DNA of 11,563 nt, taken from assembly GCA_045863855.1 (NCBI GenBank), contig BTVV01000166.1, forward strand, positions 1 to 11,563. The letters run 5' to 3'. The DNA is from Planctomycetota bacterium (lineage in GTDB: Bacteria > Planctomycetota > SZUA-567 > H5-PLA8). A model generated the notes under the pieces. The model made no database searches. It was given only the letters and a program-made list of their open reading frames with translations, and was not told the DNA's origin. Shown one piece after another: positions 8,901 through 11,563 of the stretch (the first letter of the stretch is position 1; each line of letters starts with the position of its first letter). A program made the translations under genes and the position numbers.

Positions 8901-11563
8901 TCGATCCGCCTCGATGCCCCGCTGCTGAACGTGACCGGACTTTCCAGCGCCGTAGGTTTCGTGGAGGCCGAACTGTCGCGGGACCTCCACGCCGGCTCGG
9001 TGAGCGCTTCCAGCGTGACGGTGACCCGCGCGGGCCCGGACGGTTTGTTCGGCACCGCCGACGATGCCACGGTGAGCGGCGCGCTTCAGGTGCTGGGCGG
9101 GAACAAGATTCGCTTCGTGCCGGACGGCGGGACCTTCTTCGACGACCGCTACCGGCTGCGCCTGAAGAGCACCGGACCGTTCGCCGCCGCGACCCCAAGC
9201 AACTCGACCGGACGGGACGGGGTGGTGCTGTCGAGCGTCGCGCCCACCTTGGCGACAGGGCCGGGGCCATTGAGCCTGACCCTGCTTGGCCAAAACATTC
9301 CGATCTTTAACGGCTCGACTACGGCGCTGCCGACCGTGACATTCGATGGCGTGGACGACCAGTTCGGCATTCCCGACGCCGATACGCTGGACGTTCCGGC
9401 GATCACGCTGGAGGCGTGGGTGCAGCCCAATACAGGCGGATGGGTGCTTTCGAAACGTAGCAACGCTCCGTTCCAATGGAATAAATTCCAGCTCACGTCA
9501 GGTTCTGGTGCGCGCTTTCACACGGTTCCCGATGCCGGCACGCCGATGTTCGATCTCGAACACGGAAGCGGTTTTGCTTATCCGTTCGGTACCTGGCAGC
9601 ACTTGGCCGCCTCGTTCCAACCCAACCCCGACGGAAATAGCGGCGTCAAACGGTTGTATGTCAACGGCGTGCTGCAGGGCGAGGAAGCGTTTCCCTACAA
9701 ACTAGCCGGTTCCAACTACCAGATGAACCTGGGACGCTTCCAGGGTTGGGACTGGGCCGGCTACTACAAGGGTAAGATGGCCGAGGTGCGCTACTGGAAG
9801 GTGGCGCGCACGCAGGCGCAGATTCGTGCTTCGATGTTCGGGCCGGTCTCGGACCCGGACCTGATCTTCCGCTACGACTTCAACGAGGCCGGGCCGACTG
9901 CGGCCGACCGGACCGGGAACGGGCATACGGCCACGAGCGGCGGCGGGGTGCTCTTCGGCGGCGCGGTGCACGTGGCGCCGCTGATGGCGCGGCTGGTAAA
10001 GGGTTCAGACGAAGCGGTTTGTTCGGGCGCGATTTCCAGCGACGGCTCGACGCTTACGTGCGAAGTGGACGCGTCGAGCCTTCCGTCGGGGGTCTACGAT
10101 GTGGAGGTGCTGGAAGGCCGCAGCCTGCTCCTGGCACGGCTGGCGCGCGGCGTATTGGTGTTGAGCGGCGACGGCGTGGCCGCGAGCGACGGAGGCGTGC
10201 TGGATGGAGAGTACGACGCCGCGCTTCCGTCCGGCAATGCGGCGGCCGGAGGGGACTTTGTCGCCGAATTCACAGTTGACGGGCAGACGCCGATCGTAGT
10301 GAGCACCGTTCCGGCAAACGGCGCGACGGGTGTCAATCAAGCGGTGGATGTCGAGATCGAATTCAGCGAAGCGATGAATCGCGCCAGTGTCGAAGCGGCA
10401 ATAGCATTTGATCCGGCGGTTCCGTATGCAGCCGAGTGGAACGGGAACACGCTGGTGTTGAGGGTGAATGCTCCGCTGGCCCAGTTAACCGAGTATACGG
10501 TGACGATCGGCATGGGCGCTGAGGACCTGGGCGGCACCGCCTTGGCCGCTCCTTATGCCTTCTCCTTCACGACGGGGCAGGTAACGGTAACGGCGATCAA
10601 TCCTTCAAGCAGTTACCCGGGCTTGGCGCTGAGCGATGTCCGGATCGACGGTACGGCATTCTTCGAAAGTTCGGCCGAACCGGGACCGCCGGAAGCCGTG
10701 GTCTTTGGCGGGCATGCCTACCTTTATGTAACTACGGCGGCCACTTGGACGACTGCCAAGGCCAACTGCGAAGCCTTGGGCGGCCACTTGGTAACGATCA
10801 ACTCCGCCGAAGAGAACGCTTTCGTCGCCTCTCTATTCTCGACAGGGAAGGTCTGGATCGGTGCTACTGACGCTGTCCTGGAGGGGACTTTCGTTTGGGA
10901 TAACGGAGAGCCGGTTACCTATACGAACTGGTACGCAGGCGAACCGAACAATTCCGGCAACGAAGACTATGTGGAAATGCTCGCGGGAGGGCTCTGGAAT
11001 GACCGGAACAATCTGAGTCAGGGCTATATCTGCGAATTCGAACGAGCACCGCCGACGGTAAAGCTGAAGCTCGACGCCACCGAAATTCCGGCATCGCGAA
11101 TTCGCTTCGTTTCCGAAACCGAACTGCGGGCGGCTTTCAACCTGGCAGGTGCGGCTTCGGGAGCCTACGATGTCGTCGTCACCAATCCCGATGGCGGCGG
11201 CACGGGGACGCTCCCCGGCGGCTTCCAAGTGCTTCAACCGCCGCAACTTTTAGCTGTCACTCCCCCCGTAGCGGACCAAAACGCAACCGTCGCGTTGACG
11301 CTGACCGGCAGCAACCTCCCGACGTGGACGGGTACCGCACAGGGTCCTCCGAGCTACTCGACCTACGGTGTGAGGATCACCAATGGATCCAACACGGTCT
11401 ATGCGACCGGCGTGCTAAGCATCAGCACGACGACGCTTTCCTGCGGCATAAACCTTACCGGATTGCCGCTGGGGCTCTACGATGTGACGCTTCTGAGCGG
11501 GGCTGCCGCGCTTGCAACCTTGCCGCAGGGCTTGCGTATCATCGATCCGGCGTTGACCGTAAC
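2877..11563 (+). CDS. 3'-partial giant secreted multi-domain adhesin/lectin-like surface protein (>=2895 aa; LamG, cadherin-like Ig, Big_5, PA14-like, IPT/TIG and C-type lectin domains)
   Basis: ATG 2877-2879 overlaps the upstream stop (ATGA). Manual translation of this frame found no stop to the window end, with recognisable domain motifs throughout. Probably absent from the ORF track because it has no stop inside the window. N-terminus MKPRSPTFSRSIAPLAVVALMACSTLFA-QSG is signal-peptide-like. Confidence 0.95.
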   Translation, partial: MKPRSPTFSRSIAPLAVVALMACSTLFAQSGPIAHWTFDEGAGTTAADSSGNGHTGTLVNGTVWTLGLLGNAVQFDGVNDYLSVGMADIATPWTAALWVRREDSTHSNAKFTHSSTGSLRLEQYDGTDKVGLTKYGSFDQVFNYQAPVGTWVHLAFVCTSGGTTLYVNGVAQGSIAQSAALGLQTISHADGGMKGALDDFRVYDRALIASEIYTLASPDPAPPVARDDVYGIVGASQTIAAPGVLANDQDPNLDPFTAVKQSDPAHGTLSLNSDGSFTYTPTPGYEGADSFTYLARDADGDSNIATVTLHVGGEPLPAGPVKRLLHLGSTAGKVIVGYPTSGQSILWDFMLFAGYGPEYALQPRPGQSMGIAVATNENPMVWTILDDADGDWVNGVADRYVGYWALYFHVPSARDVRLSGSVDDEAWIWIDGNPAALECAGVFNHTVALQTGWHALLLKHFENTGNDRFSLSFKHTDGTDMTDLRYHMQDVVAPVVAEVLPAHEAASVPPWQDVMVTFREPMNTTIPADAVASLGGGSVAGSWAWTDNRTLTFTPGALWDPATTYTITLDPDHACDAAGNRLSGQTTFTFTTQARSSPGLASVSPASGWNASALQGVTLNGSGFLEGAVAHPPGARPFGGHYYRPHIPGTDWQSARSACVAAGGHLATLADASEDQFVWKLGGRMNGWIGLYDPTHTESNVWVTGEPVTYTNWAAGEPSNFGEQEPYGVYWWGFRWNDVGSSAASVRPYVCEFDRREQPQVRLKKAGQPDRVASAVKVTSGGALTFDVDLTGAETGLWDVHLTNPDGSTALLAGGFTVTGEPTPGDGLLAHWKFDEGSGGTAADSSGNEHTGTLGGGAEWTHGVNGGGLRFAGVDEHVAIDMPQQAYPWTFTLFVKREQGSTASSAALLSNTSYQVQLEQYNNTKKVGITDWPAEPDRNHAFNYTAPFDRWIHLAYVCTGTQTIVYVNGQFVDSTTNVIPLPLTTIGHRADVSPKAILDDLRVFGRALSAGEIAALIGPLPPQARDDKYSIAEDAPYSAAAPGVLVNDYDLNGQALSAALVTPPGHAQTFVLNADGSFSYTPVPGYFGLDSFTYKANDGAEDSAPATVTINVGGVVAHWKFDEGAGGTAADSSGNGHSGTLGGGAEWTTGVKGGGLRFAGVDEHVAIDMPHQPHPWTFSLFVKREPGGTASSAALLSSSSYQVQLEQYNHTKKVGITDWPAEPDRNHAFNYTAPFNKWIHLTYVCTGTNTLVYVNGQLIDSTTNLIPLPLTTIGHRADVSPKAVLDDLRVFDRALSASEIAALIGPLPPQAEADKFSIAEDASYSAAAPGVLTNDYDLNGQALSAALVTPPSHAQAFAFNADGSFSYTPAAGYRGLDTFTYKANDGAEDSDPATVTINVGGLVAHWKFDDGSGTTALDSSGFNHHGTLMSSPVWAAGIAGGALDFNGSTSHVTCGDILNDLKTPFTFATWIYKDAGSGNTVLVSTDDSPSTYAGFWVHVDSTGRVSMHLGSGAGTGSGARRSKHSPIGVAVEGQWTHLAFTVRNTTDMTIYVDGVDVGGTYDGTGGTMAHTTGVFQIAKRTNTSQVFPGLMDDVRVYDRALSMADVTELAAMGPPVAQPDSFLVTPDTPLSVPASGVLANDHDAGGAALSAVKDTDPAHGALTLNADGSFLYTPAPGYTGSDGFTYHAVADGQASETVMVSFAVGNDVTAGLIGHWKLDEGTGTTAADSSANANHGTLVNGTMWGTGYNGGGVIFDMMNDYVKVPQHASLEPSGGVTVAFWARVADPRSGNVADLVRKSGFNLPGYLMRWSGSDGTLQWRVDRAGSGNVHVFDSQPNAAYSRDWHYFTGTFDASTGLSVLYVDGQERGRVQGAPGALEHSSDLHFGWIPFGSHVTPEGEMDDVRIYNRALSGAEVLALSQRAPMAVADGYGVAQGGSLTVSAAEGVLANDRDPNGQGLFALLEGAAPPGLSFQSNGSFDYTPPGGTTGLVTFAYRASDGNLTSTPVTVSIRLDAPLLNVTGLSSAVGFVEAELSRDLHAGSVSASSVTVTRAGPDGLFGTADDATVSGALQVLGGNKIRFVPDGGTFFDDRYRLRLKSTGPFAAATPSNSTGRDGVVLSSVAPTLATGPGPLSLTLLGQNIPIFNGSTTALPTVTFDGVDDQFGIPDADTLDVPAITLEAWVQPNTGGWVLSKRSNAPFQWNKFQLTSGSGARFHTVPDAGTPMFDLEHGSGFAYPFGTWQHLAASFQPNPDGNSGVKRLYVNGVLQGEEAFPYKLAGSNYQMNLGRFQGWDWAGYYKGKMAEVRYWKVARTQAQIRASMFGPVSDPDLIFRYDFNEAGPTAADRTGNGHTATSGGGVLFGGAVHVAPLMARLVKGSDEAVCSGAISSDGSTLTCEVDASSLPSGVYDVEVLEGRSLLLARLARGVLVLSGDGVAASDGGVLDGEYDAALPSGNAAAGGDFVAEFTVDGQTPIVVSTVPANGATGVNQAVDVEIEFSEAMNRASVEAAIAFDPAVPYAAEWNGNTLVLRVNAPLAQLTEYTVTIGMGAEDLGGTALAAPYAFSFTTGQVTVTAINPSSSYPGLALSDVRIDGTAFFESSAEPGPPEAVVFGGHAYLYVTTAATWTTAKANCEALGGHLVTINSAEENAFVASLFSTGKVWIGATDAVLEGTFVWDNGEPVTYTNWYAGEPNNSGNEDYVEMLAGGLWNDRNNLSQGYICEFERAPPTVKLKLDATEIPASRIRFVSETELRAAFNLAGAASGAYDVVVTNPDGGGTGTLPGGFQVLQPPQLLAVTPPVADQNATVALTLTGSNLPTWTGTAQGPPSYSTYGVRITNGSNTVYATGVLSISTTTLSCGINLTGLPLGLYDVTLLSGAAALATLPQGLRIIDPALTV
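2961..3527 (+). other. LamG/concanavalin A-like domain 1
   Basis: IAHWTFDEGAGTTAADSSGNGHTGTL...AVQFDGVNDY...WVHLAFV...LYVNG...GALDDFRVYDRAL. Confidence 0.9.
3537..3809 (+). other. Cadherin-like/Big_9-type Ig domain 1
   Basis: PPVARDDVY...GVLANDQDP...PAHGTLSLNSDGSFTYTP...DSFTY...SNIATVTL. Confidence 0.9.
3822..4340 (+). other. PA14-like beta-sandwich (putative Ca2+/sugar-binding)
   Basis: YVGYWALYFHVPSARDVRLSGSVDDEAWIWIDG...VALQTGWHALLLKHFENTG resembles the PA14 pattern (SDD.....IDG ... L..G.H.....E..G). Confidence 0.6.
4344..4652 (+). other. SbsA/Big_5-type Ig domain 1
   Basis: DVVAPVVAEVLPAHEAASV...VTFREPMN...TLTFTP...TTYTITL...DAAGNRL...FTFTT. Confidence 0.85.
4665..5333 (+). other. IPT/TIG-like domain 1, split by an inserted C-type lectin domain (N-part 4665-4757, C-part 5151-5333)
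   Basis: N-part PGLASVSPASG...VTLNGSGF; C-part PQVRLKKAG...LTFDVDLTGAETGLWDVHLTNPDGSTALLAGGFTV. Confidence 0.75.
4788..5135 (+). other. C-type lectin domain 1 (EPS...WND)
   Basis: FGGHYY...WQSARSACVAAGGHLATL...WIGL...WVTGEPVTYTNWAAGEPSN...WNDV...YVCEF. Confidence 0.9.
5364..7085 (+). repeat. Intragenic tandem duplication, 2 x 861 bp (287 codons): LamG2+Big_9 and LamG3+Big_9
   Basis: AHWKFD codons recur at 5364, 6225 and 7086 (period 861). Manual alignment gives about 40 amino-acid differences in 287 with no indels. Antisense ORFs in the track show the same offset (5741 vs 6602; 6155 vs 7016). Confidence 0.95.
7077..7988 (+). other. LamG domain 4 (7077-7709) plus cadherin-like Ig domain 4 (7716-7988)
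   Basis: LVAHWKFDDGSGTTALDSSG...WTHLAFTV...IYVDG...MDDVRVYDRALS; then PPVAQPDSF...GVLANDHD...PAHGALTLNADGSFLYTP. Confidence 0.9.
8007..8912 (+). other. LamG domain 5 (8007-8630) plus cadherin-like Ig domain 5 (8640-8912)
   Basis: GLIGHWKLDEGTGTTAADSS...WHYFTGTFD...LYVDG...MDDVRIYNRALS; then APMAVADGY...GVLANDRDPNG...NGSFDYTP...FAYRASDG. Confidence 0.9.
8919..10280 (+). other. Nested module: Ig-like domain (8919-9176 + 10164-10280) containing IPT-like domain 2 (9222-9302 + 9978-10163) containing circularly permuted LamG 6 (9333-9962)
   Basis: Outer N-part TRAGPDGLFGTADD...DDRYRLRLKSTG; outer C-part LDGEYDAALPSGNAAAGGDFVAEFTV. IPT halves align with the uninterrupted IPT at 11238-11546. LamG runs FDGVDD...TLEAWVQP...WQHLAASF...LYVNG...MAEVRYW...LIFRYDFNE...ADRTGNGHTAT. 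Confidence 0.75.
10284..10577 (+). other. SbsA/Big_5-type Ig domain 2
   Basis: TPIVVSTVPANGATGV...IEFSEAMNRASVE...TEYTVTIGMGAEDLGGTALAAPYAFSFTT. Confidence 0.9.
10578..11234 (+). other. IPT/TIG-like domain 3, split by an inserted C-type lectin domain (N-part 10578-10667, C-part 11049-11234)
   Basis: N-part VTVTAINPSS...VRIDGTAF; C-part PTVKLKL...FVSETELRAAFNLAGAASGAYDVVVTNPDG...LPGGFQV. Confidence 0.8.
10704..11039 (+). other. C-type lectin domain 2 (EPN...WND)
   Basis: FGGHAY...TWTTAKANCEALGGHLVTINSAEENAFV...WIGATD...EGTFVWDNGEPVTYTNWYAGEPNNSGNEDY...WND...YICEF. Confidence 0.93.
11238..11546 (+). other. IPT/TIG-like domain 4 (uninterrupted)
   Basis: PPQLLAVTP...LTLTGSNLP...STTTLSCGINLTGLPLGLYDVTL...ATLPQGLRII. 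Confidence 0.75.

Noticed and set aside
3065..11246. Many track ORFs on the minus strand and alternate + frames (e.g. 6783..8177, 4406..5452, 4662..5528, 8628..9476)
   Set aside because: They lie wholly within the giant ORF, are Arg/Pro/Ala-rich with no recognisable motifs, and are expected shadow frames in high-GC DNA.
2877..11563. Stop-codon recoding or inteins explaining the missing large ORF and the inserted domains
   Set aside because: No in-frame stops were encountered. The inserts are lectin-type folds without intein termini (N-terminal Cys/Ser, C-terminal His-Asn followed by Cys/Ser/Thr).

Overview
This is GC-rich bacterial DNA; the gene and domain style suggests Planctomycetota/PVC (inference). 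It holds three + strand genes. (1) A 5'-truncated tandem alpha/beta-hydrolase-fold protein (<1..1809), followed by an AT-rich intergenic region (1810..2184). (2) A 231-aa protein (2185..2880) with a prepilin-like N-terminal hydrophobic segment, an apparently incomplete Ig-like domain and a poly-Ser tail. (3) A giant secreted multi-domain protein that is missing from the ORF track. It starts at ATG 2877, overlapping the upstream TGA as ATGA. By manual translation it is open for at least 2895 codons to the window end. It carries 6 LamG/ConA-like domains, 5 cadherin-like (Big_9-type) Ig domains, 2 SbsA/Big_5-type Ig domains, a PA14-like domain, 2 C-type lectin domains (EPS/WND and EPN/WND) and 4 IPT/TIG-like domains. 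The most unusual feature is nesting: lectin-type domains sit in the same loop of three IPT-like domains, a fourth IPT copy is empty, and in one case Ig[IPT[circularly permuted LamG]] is nested three deep. Domain names come from motif recognition by eye, not from database searches. No RNA genes, CRISPR arrays or mobile elements were seen.
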